The notes under the pieces are model-generated. The model saw only the letters and a list, made by a program, of their open reading frames with translations, was not told the origin of the DNA and did no database searches. The position numbers were made by a program, and so were the translations under genes. This document shows positions 7,841 to 16,988 of a stretch of 37,517 bases of DNA, piece after piece (the first letter of the stretch is position 1; each line of letters opens with the position of its first letter). This DNA is from Ktedonobacteria bacterium. Its GTDB lineage: Bacteria > Chloroflexota > Ktedonobacteria > Ktedonobacterales > JADMIN01. Where the stretch lies: positions 1-37,517 of the forward strand of contig DAHUXT010000002.1 in the NCBI GenBank assembly GCA_027307065.1. Reading direction: 5' to 3'.

Positions 7841-9763
7841 ATGCCAACGGTTGACGCGTTGACATTGTCGGCGCTGGCTGGCGAGCTGCGCGGCGATTTG
7901 CGTGGCGCGCGCATCGACGATGTCATACAGCCGACCCCGTATGCTGTCGCGCTCCAGTGCTGGGGTGGCGGGCGGAACCGCTGGTTACTGGCTACCGCGC
8001 ATCCTCAACTCGCTCGTGTCCACCTCATCGAGCAGAAACCGCGCAAACTCGTCATCGAACCACCCTCGTTCGTCATGCTGCTGCGAAAATACCTCGAGGG
8101 CGCTCGGATCGTCGAGGTGCGTCAACCGCTATGGGAACGCCTGCTCGAGATTGGCTTTGGCCGTGGCCCAGCGGCGGCTGAGGGCGTTGCCTCGGTCTGG
8201 CTGGTAGCGGAGATCATGGGGCGGCTCAGCAATCTCATTCTGCGCGACGACGACGGCACGATCCTTGGCGCCCTGCATATGGTCAGCGCGGAGGTGAACC
8301 GTTACCGCACGATCGCGCCGCATGTGATCTACCGTTATCCACCCGCACAGACGCGCATGCTGCACGGCGAGTCGCTGCCACGGCTGCGCGGCGAGAGCCT
8401 GACCGCTCACGAACTGCGTGACGCGGCGACGGCAACGCTAACCGCGGGTGAGCCTGTGCCGACGAGCATGACGAGCGGACGCAAGAATCGTCGTGCTCGC
8501 CACCAGGCGCCCACCGTCGCTGGATTGCTGGCATCGCAAGTTGAGGGCTTCAGCCGCGAGATCGGCCGGGAGATCGCCGCCCGCGCGCTGGCGTCCCCGG
8601 ATGAGCCACTTGTTGATGGGCTGCCATGGGATCAGATTGCGACCGAGGCGCGCGAATTGGCGGCGTTGCCAGAGACACGCGCCTGGCAGCCGACCCTCGT
8701 ATATGGTGACTCTGGCGACGACGGAGATGAGACGCCAACGGCCTTCGCGGTCTACGAGCCGCGCCAGTATGGTGACGCTTCGCTGCGGCCATGCGCCAAC
8801 GTCAACGAGATGCTCGCCATGTTCTACCACGACGCCGAGTGGCGGCTCGCGCTCGATAGCGCCCGGCGTGATCTCCGCCATCTGCTTCAGACCGTTCGCG
8901 ATCGCTCTGCCCGCAAAGATGAGGCATTGCGCGGCGAGCTAGCGGCGATTGATGAGGCGCAGGCGTTGCGTGCGGAGGCTGACCTACTGCTGGCGTTTCA
9001 GTCGGAGATAGCGCGCGGGCAGACCAGCATCATGCTCGAAAATCCGCTCGGTGACGGACTCAATCGCACATTGACGCTGGATCCGCGGTTCACTGCCGTC
9101 GAGAATGCCAATCGCCGCTATGCGCGCTACCACAAGCTGCAACGGGCAACGGCGCTCATTCCACCGCAGATCGAGATGAACCATGTGGACCTCGCGCGTA
9201 TCGACCAGTTGTTGACTGATCTGGCGCTGGCTGACTCGCCTGCTGAGATTGCGCTGGTGCGCGCCGAAGTCATGGAGGCGGGCTATCTGCGCGGTTCAGC
9301 GGAGAAACGGCCCCCGAAGCCTGTCAAGACGCCCAAGCCGCCGAAATGGGCAAAGGGTGGTAAAGGCGCGAAGTCGGCGCCGCAGGCGCGCAAGCCCGAC
9401 GGCGGCACTCCTCTCCGTCGCGTCTCTTCGGACGGCATGCCGATGCTGGTCGGCAAGAACAGCCGCCAGAACGAGGAAGTCACCTTTCACCAGGCGACCG
9501 CGAACGATGTCTGGCTGCACGCGCGCGGCGTGCCGGGCGCCCACGTCATCATTCGCAGTGGTGGCAGACCGCCCTCCGAGGCAACCTTGCGAGAGGCGGC
9601 GGCGCTGGCGGCGTATTATAGTCAGTCGCGTTCGGCAGGCAGTGTGCCAGTGGACTATACCGAGCAGCGCTATGTGCGCCACATCAAAGGTGGCGGGCCG
9701 GGTCTGGTCAGCTACGAGCGCGAACATACGCTGCATGTTGCGCCGAATGATCCCTCCGCCTGA
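7841..9763 (+). CDS. rqcH: NFACT-family ribosome quality control protein (RqcH / FbpA-like)
   Basis: NFACT-N-like N-terminus (EIMGRLSNLILRD block), central coiled-coil region, basic K/P-rich linker, and a C-terminal NFACT-R/DUF814 block (MLVGKNSRQNEEVTF...DVWLHARGVPGAHVII). Confidence 0.8.
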   Translation: MPTVDALTLSALAGELRGDLRGARIDDVIQPTPYAVALQCWGGGRNRWLLATAHPQLARVHLIEQKPRKLVIEPPSFVMLLRKYLEGARIVEVRQPLWERLLEIGFGRGPAAAEGVASVWLVAEIMGRLSNLILRDDDGTILGALHMVSAEVNRYRTIAPHVIYRYPPAQTRMLHGESLPRLRGESLTAHELRDAATATLTAGEPVPTSMTSGRKNRRARHQAPTVAGLLASQVEGFSREIGREIAARALASPDEPLVDGLPWDQIATEARELAALPETRAWQPTLVYGDSGDDGDETPTAFAVYEPRQYGDASLRPCANVNEMLAMFYHDAEWRLALDSARRDLRHLLQTVRDRSARKDEALRGELAAIDEAQALRAEADLLLAFQSEIARGQTSIMLENPLGDGLNRTLTLDPRFTAVENANRRYARYHKLQRATALIPPQIEMNHVDLARIDQLLTDLALADSPAEIALVRAEVMEAGYLRGSAEKRPPKPVKTPKPPKWAKGGKGAKSAPQARKPDGGTPLRRVSSDGMPMLVGKNSRQNEEVTFHQATANDVWLHARGVPGAHVIIRSGGRPPSEATLREAAALAAYYSQSRSAGSVPVDYTEQRYVRHIKGGGPGLVSYEREHTLHVAPNDPSA

Positions 9764-9809
9764 GAGCGAACACGCGTCGCCCTGCCTGCTACGGTGGAGT
9801 TGAGGTGAG

Positions 9810-10619
9810 ATGAGCGAAGACATCCTGGACCGCGTGCCGCCGACCGCCGATCAGCGTATCGTGTATGGGCCGGAACCGCAACATTTTGGCGACCTGCGCA
9901 TGCCATCAGGCGATGGGCCGCATCCAGTTGTCATCGGCATCCACGGCGGCTTCTGGCGCGCTCGTTACGATCTCGTCCACTTCGGCCACGTCTGCGCGGC
10001 GCTCACCGCGGTCGGATTCGCTACCTGGAATATCGAGTATCGACGGACCGGCGAGCCAGGTGGCGGGTGGCCAGGCACTTTTGCGGATGTCGGCGCGGCG
10101 GCAGACTTTCTCAGAGTCCTGGCGGTGCACTACGATCTCGATCTCGACCACGTCATCACCATCGGCCACTCCGCTGGTGGGCATCTCGCGCTCTGGCTTG
10201 CGGGACGCCACAAGATCGACCAGAACAGTCCGCTGTACACGCCCGATCCATTGCCACTTGCCGCCGCGGTCGCGCTGGCAGGCGCCGTCGACCTGCGCCA
10301 CACGTGGTCACTTGGATTGAGCGACAACGCGACTGGGCTGCTGATGGGTGGCTCGCCTTCCGACTACCCTGACCGTTACGCTGCAGGGTCACCTTACGAT
10401 TTGCTCCCGTTGGGCATTCGCCAATTTCTGATTCATGGCACCGCCGACGACACACTGCCACTGGAAGTGAGCGAACGCTACGAGCAGCGCGCTATTGTCA
10501 AAGGCGATCCGGCAACGTTGCTGACCTTGCCTGACATTGGACATTTCGAGCTAATCGACCCGGAATCATCAGTATGGCCAACGGTGCAGGGTATCGTGAC
10601 CGCTCTGCTCGACGCGTAA
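9810..10619 (+). CDS. Alpha/beta hydrolase (esterase/formamidase-like)
   Basis: Oxyanion-hole motif HGGFW, nucleophile elbow GHSAGGHLA, and distal HGTADD and GHFE (candidate Asp/His). Confidence 0.8.
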   Translation: MSEDILDRVPPTADQRIVYGPEPQHFGDLRMPSGDGPHPVVIGIHGGFWRARYDLVHFGHVCAALTAVGFATWNIEYRRTGEPGGGWPGTFADVGAAADFLRVLAVHYDLDLDHVITIGHSAGGHLALWLAGRHKIDQNSPLYTPDPLPLAAAVALAGAVDLRHTWSLGLSDNATGLLMGGSPSDYPDRYAAGSPYDLLPLGIRQFLIHGTADDTLPLEVSERYEQRAIVKGDPATLLTLPDIGHFELIDPESSVWPTVQGIVTALLDA

Positions 10620-10705
10620 GCCGCCATCCGGTGAGGTGCGATACCAACGGCGGGGCGATCATGTCCGTATGAATGTCCCGTGGATGCCCGGTTGGCGCGG
10701 GCAGA

Positions 10706-11206
10706 CTACTGCCCTGTCGGCTGGATGCGAAACGGCGAGGCGGGGTCGTCCATGAGCAGACGGAACAGCTCGTCATCCACGTCCGCGGGCGCGGCGTCGG
10801 CAGAGGCAAGCACGTTCGCGCGCTCCTCGTCCGTGAGATCGCGGGAAGGGTCCCAGCCGTAGCGCTTGAGGTCTACACGGCCCTCGCCGCTGAACTGCAC
10901 CCCCTCGGCTTCCAGCATTTCGCGCATGCGGCCACGCTGCCCAAAGGCCCAACTGCCCGATAACTCGCCCTTGCTATTGATGACACGATGCGCCGGTACC
11001 TCCTCCCAGCGCGGTGAGTGATTCATGAACCAGCCGACCATCCGCGCCCCCCGTGGAAAGCCCAAAGCCGCCGCAAGCCAGCCGTAGGTGGTCACACGGC
11101 CGGGTGGGCACGCTCGCACCAGCGCGTAGACCTGTGCGCCAAGGCGCTCGGCATTGGATCGGTTGATGGATTGTCCAGGCGTTGGATTCGAAGGTGTCTC
11201 CGGCAT
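10706..11206 (-). CDS. Alkyltransferase-like (ATL) protein: MGMT DNA-binding domain with the acceptor Cys replaced by Ala
   Basis: RVTTYGWLAAALG...ARMVG...VPAHRVINSKGELSG matches the MGMT/Ogt C-terminal domain, but the PCHRV active site reads PAHRV. About 60 aa of acidic C-terminal extension. Confidence 0.8.
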   Translation of the reverse strand: MPETPSNPTPGQSINRSNAERLGAQVYALVRACPPGRVTTYGWLAAALGFPRGARMVGWFMNHSPRWEEVPAHRVINSKGELSGSWAFGQRGRMREMLEAEGVQFSGEGRVDLKRYGWDPSRDLTDEERANVLASADAAPADVDDELFRLLMDDPASPFRIQPTGQ

Positions 11207-11363
11207 TGGAATTCCCCTGCATCTTGATGATGACTCGGCACCAGACTTTAGTTGCTATGAACTCTCATGCTTGCTGGCGTCATTCTACGCGGCATCTCTG
11301 CTGAAGACAACCGTTCATCGGCTATGAATGATGCACTCGCGAACTCTCCACAACACATTTGCG

Positions 11364-11392
11364 TTGACAAGCCACGCCCGCTCGCCTAAGAT
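11364..11392 (+). promoter_or_regulatory. Candidate sigma-70-type promoter
   Basis: TTGACA (11364-11369), 17-nt spacer, TAAGAT (11387-11392), upstream of the small membrane-protein gene and the adenosine-kinase-family gene. Confidence 0.5.
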
Positions 11393-11493
11393 GCACACAG
11401 GCAAGACCAGTTGAAGCCAATTGAGCGCGACACATCGCTGGCCAGCACAACTCGCACGGACGTTTCCCAAGCCGCAATGAGCCGCGTGCTACC

Positions 11494-11784
11494 ATGGAGG
11501 GCATCATGGGCCGCATCGGGCGTTACTTCGAGACCTTGTTTTTCGCTGTGGCGAAAGGGTGCCTTTTGACGGCCCTCATTGCGGGAGTGCTGGCGACCGC
11601 GACCGTTTTGCTCCTCACGCACCGGCTTCCAACTACGGCGGATTTCACGCTCATCGTCGTCATCGTCGTGCTGGCTGGCGCGTTTGGCAGCGCGATTGCC
11701 CTCATCTGGCGCATGACGCATATTCCCGACATTCTTCACGCGGTTGGACAATCGAGCGATCGCAAGCGTCCGAGCGCGAGTTAG
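11494..11784 (+). CDS. Small hypothetical membrane protein (two predicted TM helices)
   Basis: 96-aa ORF with two hydrophobic stretches ([19 protein letters not shown]; [22 protein letters not shown]). ATG 11506 has a better GGAGGG RBS. No family recognised. Confidence 0.45.
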   Translation: MEGIMGRIGRYFETLFFAVAKGCLLTALIAGVLATATVLLLTHRLPTTADFTLIVVIVVLAGAFGSAIALIWRMTHIPDILHAVGQSSDRKRPSAS

Positions 11785-11827
11785 CCCATCCACTTCCAGC
11801 GCAACGTGTGAACATGAGGAGGCGGCA

Positions 11828-12313
11828 ATGGAAACGGTCGTCGTAGACATCCAAAAGCCAGACGATGTCAACCTTATCCTTGGCCAGAGTCATTTCATCA
11901 AGACCGTCGAGGATCTGCACGAGGCGCTTGTGGGTTCCGTGCCAGGCATCCAGTTTGGGCTGGCCTTTTGCGAGGCATCGGGTCCGGCGCTCGTGCGCTG
12001 GAGTGGCAATGACGACGAACTTATACACCTCGCGCGCAACACCATGCTCACGCTGGGTACCGGCCACGCCTTTCTCATCCTGCTGCGCAACGCTTTTCCC
12101 ATCAATGTGCTGCCAGCGGTGCGTGCCGTCCACGAGGTGTGCCACATCTACTGCGCCACCGCGAACCCGCTCCAGGTAGTCGTTGCCGAGACCGAACAGG
12201 GCCGTGGCATTCTGGGCGTCATCGACGGCGTCGCAAGCAAAGGCATCGAGACAGAGCAGGATATTGCTGCCCGGAAGGGGTTGCTGCGGCGGATCGGCTA
12301 CAAGGCTGAATAA
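11828..12313 (+). CDS. Adenosine-specific kinase family (PF04008-like) protein
   Basis: Start ATG 11828 preceded by GAGGAGG. The blocks [58 protein letters not shown] and LLRRIGYK match what I remember of this family. Confidence 0.7.
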   Translation: METVVVDIQKPDDVNLILGQSHFIKTVEDLHEALVGSVPGIQFGLAFCEASGPALVRWSGNDDELIHLARNTMLTLGTGHAFLILLRNAFPINVLPAVRAVHEVCHIYCATANPLQVVVAETEQGRGILGVIDGVASKGIETEQDIAARKGLLRRIGYKAE

Positions 12314-12344
12314 TCCAGCCTCTCAGTTCACACGCGGCTCAATA

Positions 12345-15302
12345 TTACCACTCGCTCAGTTTCCAGATTTCTGGCTGCACCGTGCCCGCCTCGACGCCAA
12401 TTTCCGCGTAGATGAGCACTGCCTGTCGCACGTGTACCATCGCCTCGTCCGAGCGATCCGCTGCGTGCAGCAAGTCTGCCAGATTGTTCTGTAGGGCAGC
12501 CTCCCGGTGACGGTCACCTAGCGTGACACAGAGATCGAGCGCCGCCTGCGCGCAGCGTATTGCCTCGGTGAGGGAGCCGCTCTTCTGCCAGAGATGCGCC
12601 AGATTGTTCAGCGCGGCCACCCGAATCATCGGTGCGTTCAACTGGGTCGCGGCTTCCAGGCTTTCCTCCAGGTGCGCGCGCGCTTCGGCCAATTCGTCGC
12701 TCATCAGGATTCCCAGGATATTGTGCGCCTGTGCCAGCGCGTGAAAGTCACCAGACTGTTCGGCAAGCGACAGCGCCTGGGTCGCCAAGATGCGGGCGCG
12801 CTCAGGCTCGCCCTTGCGCAACGCCGCCAGACTCCAGTCGGATGACAGCATCGATTGCCACGCAAGATCTGGCTCGGCATCTTCGCTGGCAGCCTCCGCC
12901 GCCTCATAATGTGCCGTGGCTGCGGCCCACTCGCCTCGCCGCGCATAAACGTTTCCCAGCCGGTGCTCGATCGCTGGCAACTCGTGCGCTGTGCAGAACG
13001 CAGCCGCCTTCTCATAACTCGCCAGCGCGGCATGATAGTCGCCCAGCAGGGTCTCTAAATCACCGATGTCGCGGTGAAGCGCCACCGCATGGGGATGTCC
13101 CAGCGCCAGGGCGGTACGCAGGTGTTCGAGCGCGTCGGCGTTGGCAAAAAGACTCCGGGCATCGTTTCCAGCCCTGCGATAGTAGCGCGCCGCCTCGGCG
13201 TCATTGCCTGCCAGCAGGTAGTGACGGGCAACCTGGCTCGCCTGAACGGCAGAGTCACGGTGGCCCGCCAGCCGTATGCTCAGCGATTCCGCTGCCCGGC
13301 GATGCAGCAGCCGTCGTCGCGCCAGACTCGTGTCTTCGTAGGCGAGAGCGCGCAACTTCTCGTGGCTGAAGTCATAGACAGGTACCGTCGCCTTCGCGCT
13401 CTCAGTCGTTGCCTCGCGCAAGAGGTCGCGTTCGGTCAATTCTTCGATCGCCGAGACGGTCTCATCATCACTTCGACCGCTTACCTCGCGCAGCAGTTCA
13501 TAGGGCGCGGATCGCCCCAGCACCGCGGCGGCGCTCATCACCTGCCAGCCCGTCTCGCTTGCGACACGGAGATGCGAGCGCAGCAAATCACGTACGCCAC
13601 CAGGCAGCGACCACGAGTCGCTCTCCGTTGCCAGTACCCCGTTGCCGATAGCTGCCAGATACTCGACGAGGAAGAACGGCAGCCCTTCTGTTTCCTGATA
13701 CAGCCGCTTGCCAACATCGCTCTGGGCATTCTCGTGGGGGAACTGCGCCGCGAGCAGCGCCCGCACATCTTTTGGCCGCAGCCGCTCAAGCTCGATGATG
13801 GTGGCTCGCTTCGTCTTTCGCGCCACGTCGAGCAGATGCTCCAGTTCAGGCTGTTCTCCGGTCTCGCCCGTGCGATAGAGCAGCATCACACTCAGTGGCT
13901 GGTCGGCGAGCCGCCGCACGAGATACGCCAGAAATGTCAATGTGGCGCCGTCGGCCCACTGGGCGTCGTCGAGGACGAAAATGCCTTGCGTTGCGCTGGC
14001 GCAGGCGGCGATGAGGGCGCGGCGCAGCGCCTCATAGAAGCGGGTCTGCGCGCCTGGCCCCTCGATTGGTGGGAGATATTCGCCATCACTTTGTGTGGTC
14101 GCAAGTTCTGGCAAGAGGCGCGCAATTTCGGCCATCCACGGCGCCTCTAGCCGCGCGGGCCACGCAGTTTCGGCGCGGGGAAGCGTGCCGAGGAGCGCCA
14201 TTGCGAGCGGGCCATATGCCAGATGGCTTTCACCCTCGTAGCAGCGAGCGACCAATGTGCCCGCGCCTTTGCCGCGCACCTCGGCCAGAAATTCTTCGGC
14301 GAGTCGAGTCTTGCCGATTCCGGCCTCTCCGGCAATAATCATGACTTGCCCGCGGTCTTCCTCATGACGCCAGGCATCGAGAAGTCGGGCGACTTCGGTG
14401 TCGCGCCCTATGAACGGCAGGAGATTGCGTTCGGATATTACCGGCGGAGCGGCTGATACGTGTGGCGGCTTTGGCGGCGCAGCAGCCTTGGTGGATGCAG
14501 CAAGAGTGGCGTGATAATTGGCCAGTTCGGGTGGCGGTGGTAGTTGCTTTGCGCGCAACCCCTCGTACAGTTCGGTAGTGGCCTCCAGCGGCGCGACGCC
14601 GAGCTCTTCATCCAGTGACAGCACACAACTTCGGTATTGTTGCAGCGCGGCAGATCGCTGACCTGCCCAGGCATAGATCGACATCAACAGGCGGTGGGCT
14701 GGTTCATGCAGTCGGTCAAGCGAGAGCCAGCGACGGGCGGCAAGCACGGCCGCATCGAACGAGCCATTCGCGGTGTAGCCGAGCGCCAGGCGTTCCAGCA
14801 CGCTTGCGAGACTGCGACGGAGACGCTCGCCCTGCGCCCATTGCCAGTCGTCGAACGCGGGACTATCACGCAGCGCGAATCCCGCGAGAAAACTGTCGCC
14901 AAAGAGGTCGGCTGCTCGTGACAGGAGCGGAATGCATTCGACGCAGACGGCGGTCTCTGCATGCCCATGGGTCCGGCAGCGCGCGAGCAGTGTCTCGAAC
15001 TCGTCCACGTCGGACCACAGCCCGGCGTCAGATCGCAGTGAGAGCATCTCGCGCTCGATATTGAGATAGCCTTCACCCAGCAGCCGGTGCAGTGGCGAAA
15101 GGGTACGTCGCAGGGTGGCGCGCGCGTGAGCCTGATCATAGTCGGGCCAGAGCAACCCGGCGAGCGCGTCACGGGTGTGCGGCCGGCGGGTGACGGCGAG
15201 GTACACAAAGAGCGCCAGTGCCTTGCGTGTATCGATGGTTGCCGGCTCGTGGCCGATCTCGATGCGTGGCGGCCCGAACATGAAGAGGGCGACCTGAGAC
15301 AT
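12345..15302 (-). CDS. AfsR/SARP-type regulator: winged-helix + BTAD + P-loop NTPase + TPR repeats
   Basis: 985 aa with GGAGGAG RBS. N-terminal OmpR-like DNA-binding region (RKALALFVYLAV...), BTAD block (HEPAHRLLMSIYAWAGQRSAALQQY), Walker A GEAGIGKTRL, Walker B FVLDDAQWAD, and a long C-terminal TPR array. Confidence 0.85.
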   Translation of the reverse strand: MSQVALFMFGPPRIEIGHEPATIDTRKALALFVYLAVTRRPHTRDALAGLLWPDYDQAHARATLRRTLSPLHRLLGEGYLNIEREMLSLRSDAGLWSDVDEFETLLARCRTHGHAETAVCVECIPLLSRAADLFGDSFLAGFALRDSPAFDDWQWAQGERLRRSLASVLERLALGYTANGSFDAAVLAARRWLSLDRLHEPAHRLLMSIYAWAGQRSAALQQYRSCVLSLDEELGVAPLEATTELYEGLRAKQLPPPPELANYHATLAASTKAAAPPKPPHVSAAPPVISERNLLPFIGRDTEVARLLDAWRHEEDRGQVMIIAGEAGIGKTRLAEEFLAEVRGKGAGTLVARCYEGESHLAYGPLAMALLGTLPRAETAWPARLEAPWMAEIARLLPELATTQSDGEYLPPIEGPGAQTRFYEALRRALIAACASATQGIFVLDDAQWADGATLTFLAYLVRRLADQPLSVMLLYRTGETGEQPELEHLLDVARKTKRATIIELERLRPKDVRALLAAQFPHENAQSDVGKRLYQETEGLPFFLVEYLAAIGNGVLATESDSWSLPGGVRDLLRSHLRVASETGWQVMSAAAVLGRSAPYELLREVSGRSDDETVSAIEELTERDLLREATTESAKATVPVYDFSHEKLRALAYEDTSLARRRLLHRRAAESLSIRLAGHRDSAVQASQVARHYLLAGNDAEAARYYRRAGNDARSLFANADALEHLRTALALGHPHAVALHRDIGDLETLLGDYHAALASYEKAAAFCTAHELPAIEHRLGNVYARRGEWAAATAHYEAAEAASEDAEPDLAWQSMLSSDWSLAALRKGEPERARILATQALSLAEQSGDFHALAQAHNILGILMSDELAEARAHLEESLEAATQLNAPMIRVAALNNLAHLWQKSGSLTEAIRCAQAALDLCVTLGDRHREAALQNNLADLLHAADRSDEAMVHVRQAVLIYAEIGVEAGTVQPEIWKLSEW

Positions 15303-15331
15303 GTAAAACTCCTCCGTGTATCTGGCGCACT

Positions 15332-15360
15332 AGTATACGACAGTGCACGAGGTCGCACAA
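15332..15360 (-). promoter_or_regulatory. Candidate promoter for the AfsR-like gene
   Basis: On the minus strand: TTGTGC, 17-nt spacer, TATACT, about 25 nt upstream of the GGAGGAG RBS. Confidence 0.35.
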
Positions 15361-15536
15361 GCATTCTCGACGCAGGTTCGCAATCCGCGCGCTATTGGCG
15401 ATGTGCTGCTCTTCCGTATGCGACGACCCACGTTATTGTAGCAGGTACCCAGCTTGATGGCGTACAATGAAAGGTCAGACAGATAGCGCCGTCGCAATCA
15501 ACCCGAAGCCGACAATGCTGTGAAAGAGGCTCACCG

Positions 15537-16499
15537 ATGGCTACACTCTCCACCAAACGACCAGTGAGCGCGCGCGGAGGTGTCGCGCATGTGTGTGACG
15601 GCACGGCACTCGGCAGGAAAAGACTCCGGCAGGTTGGTGTCGATGCGTTTAGTAGTCAACTCAAGCATATTCGTGATAATGTAGCCATCGTCAGCGAGCA
15701 GAGCGGCGTCGAAGACATTCATCAGATGCGCGTAGCCACACGCCGACTCCGCACCATGGCGCATCTGTTGCAGCAGACTCCCACGTTCAAGGCGAAGCGA
15801 GTGGCGCGTCTGCGTGAGCGCTTGCAGCCTCTGGCGCAGTACCTGGGCGTCGTACGCGATCTGGATATTCTGCTCGAAAGCCTCAACGCCTACGAGCGCT
15901 CGGTTGTCGAGCCGACCCAGACGTCGAGTGCGCTCCGCGATGAATTGCTCTGGCGGCGCGAGAAAGCCCTGCACCACCTGCGGCGCGCATTGAGCCAGCC
16001 AGCCACGCAGCGATTGCTGCACCGACCAAAGCGGACGGCGAAGCGGATGCTCTCGCGCTCGAGGAGTGCGCGGCGGGTGCTGGTGCGCCACGTGGCGGGC
16101 GACGCACTCTGGCGGCGCTATGAGGCGGTGCTCAGCTTCGAAGAAGTGGTCGATGGCTTTGCCGCGACAGAGCAGTTACATGCGCTGCGCATCACCTGCA
16201 AGCAACTGCGATACGCTTTGGAACTCTTCTCGGAAGAGGACGATCCGTGCGCCAAGTCGCTCATCGAGACGCTGAAAGCGGTGCAAGGCCACCTTGGCGA
16301 GCTACAAGACAGTGTCTTCGCCGTGACGCTCCTCACGCATCTGCGCCACGACTACCCGCGCAATCATCTGCTGGAGGGCTTCCGCGCCGACCAGGAGACT
16401 CGGCGTAACGCGCTACGGCAGGATTTCATGCCGCTTTGGGAGACCATCAGCGGGTCAAAGTACCGTCAGGAATTGGCAGGGCTGATCGCCGCGCTCTAG
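15537..16499 (+). CDS. Stand-alone CHAD domain protein
   Basis: Repeated helical blocks with conserved basic residues: IHQMRVATRRLRTMAHLL and LHALRITCKQLRYALELF are typical CHAD signatures. No CYTH domain is fused. Confidence 0.8.
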   Translation: MATLSTKRPVSARGGVAHVCDGTALGRKRLRQVGVDAFSSQLKHIRDNVAIVSEQSGVEDIHQMRVATRRLRTMAHLLQQTPTFKAKRVARLRERLQPLAQYLGVVRDLDILLESLNAYERSVVEPTQTSSALRDELLWRREKALHHLRRALSQPATQRLLHRPKRTAKRMLSRSRSARRVLVRHVAGDALWRRYEAVLSFEEVVDGFAATEQLHALRITCKQLRYALELFSEEDDPCAKSLIETLKAVQGHLGELQDSVFAVTLLTHLRHDYPRNHLLEGFRADQETRRNALRQDFMPLWETISGSKYRQELAGLIAAL

Positions 16500-16969
16500 C
16501 GCATCTCTTGTCGCCTGTGATCAGGGATTGGTACGAGTCGCAACCGATGCATTGCCGTGGTCACGACACCCATCACCTGACAGCGGCTTCGTGCTCGCAC
16601 GCTGATGGGAGCGACGGCTGGATGCGCGGGCAGCAGGTGAATCGCCGCGCTATCGGGACAATAGTGGCGCACAAGCAATTCGCCGTCGAGGGCGGCGACA
16701 ACCACCGCGCCATACGTTGGATGGAGTGTACGATCCACGGTCAGCACGTCTCCGGCATAGATTCCCGAATCGAGGAGCGCATCGTCTGCCATCTCGACGT
16801 AGAACGTTCCGGGCGATTGGCGCGAGAGCAACTCGTTGATGTCAATGAGTCGCGCCGGTAGGTCGTGACCAGGCTTCCGCGTACCTGTTGGTATGTGCTG
16901 CACGCGAGTTATTTTGCCAGAACGTGTCGCCTCGACAATCTCGCCGCCATTCAACATGCGCATTGCCAT
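16496..16969 (-). CDS. UmuD-like S24 peptidase-fold protein with substituted catalytic dyad
   Basis: Collinear with the E. coli UmuD core (IDINELL..., FYVEMADDALLDSGIYAGDVLTVD, AALDGELLVRHY, VMGVVTTAM). Ser60 aligns with Ala and Lys97 with Arg. GGAGG RBS 8 nt before the ATG. Confidence 0.8.
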   Translation of the reverse strand: MAMRMLNGGEIVEATRSGKITRVQHIPTGTRKPGHDLPARLIDINELLSRQSPGTFYVEMADDALLDSGIYAGDVLTVDRTLHPTYGAVVVAALDGELLVRHYCPDSAAIHLLPAHPAVAPISVRARSRCQVMGVVTTAMHRLRLVPIPDHRRQEMR

Positions 16970-16988
16970 CGCGCCCGCCTCCGCTAAC

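Noticed and set aside
13074-14150. Long antisense ORFs inside confidently called genes (13074-14150 and 12632-13369 in the AfsR-like gene; 33102-33911 and 33478-34446 in rpoD; 32167-33420 across the response regulator and rpoD; 35273-36004 in dnaG; 21215-21955 in the aldehyde dehydrogenase; 19466-20446 in the reductase; 765-1667 in the NIF3-like gene)
   Set aside because: High-GC genomes generate long stop-free shadow frames opposite real genes. Their translations are Arg/Pro/Ala/Ser-rich with no recognisable motifs, whereas the sense-strand products all carry clear family signatures.
15375-15386. GGTTCGCAATCC, reminiscent of a tRNA T-loop (GGTTCGAATCC)
   Set aside because: It has one inserted base, no complementary T-stem or acceptor-stem pairing in the flanks, and no cloverleaf can be drawn.
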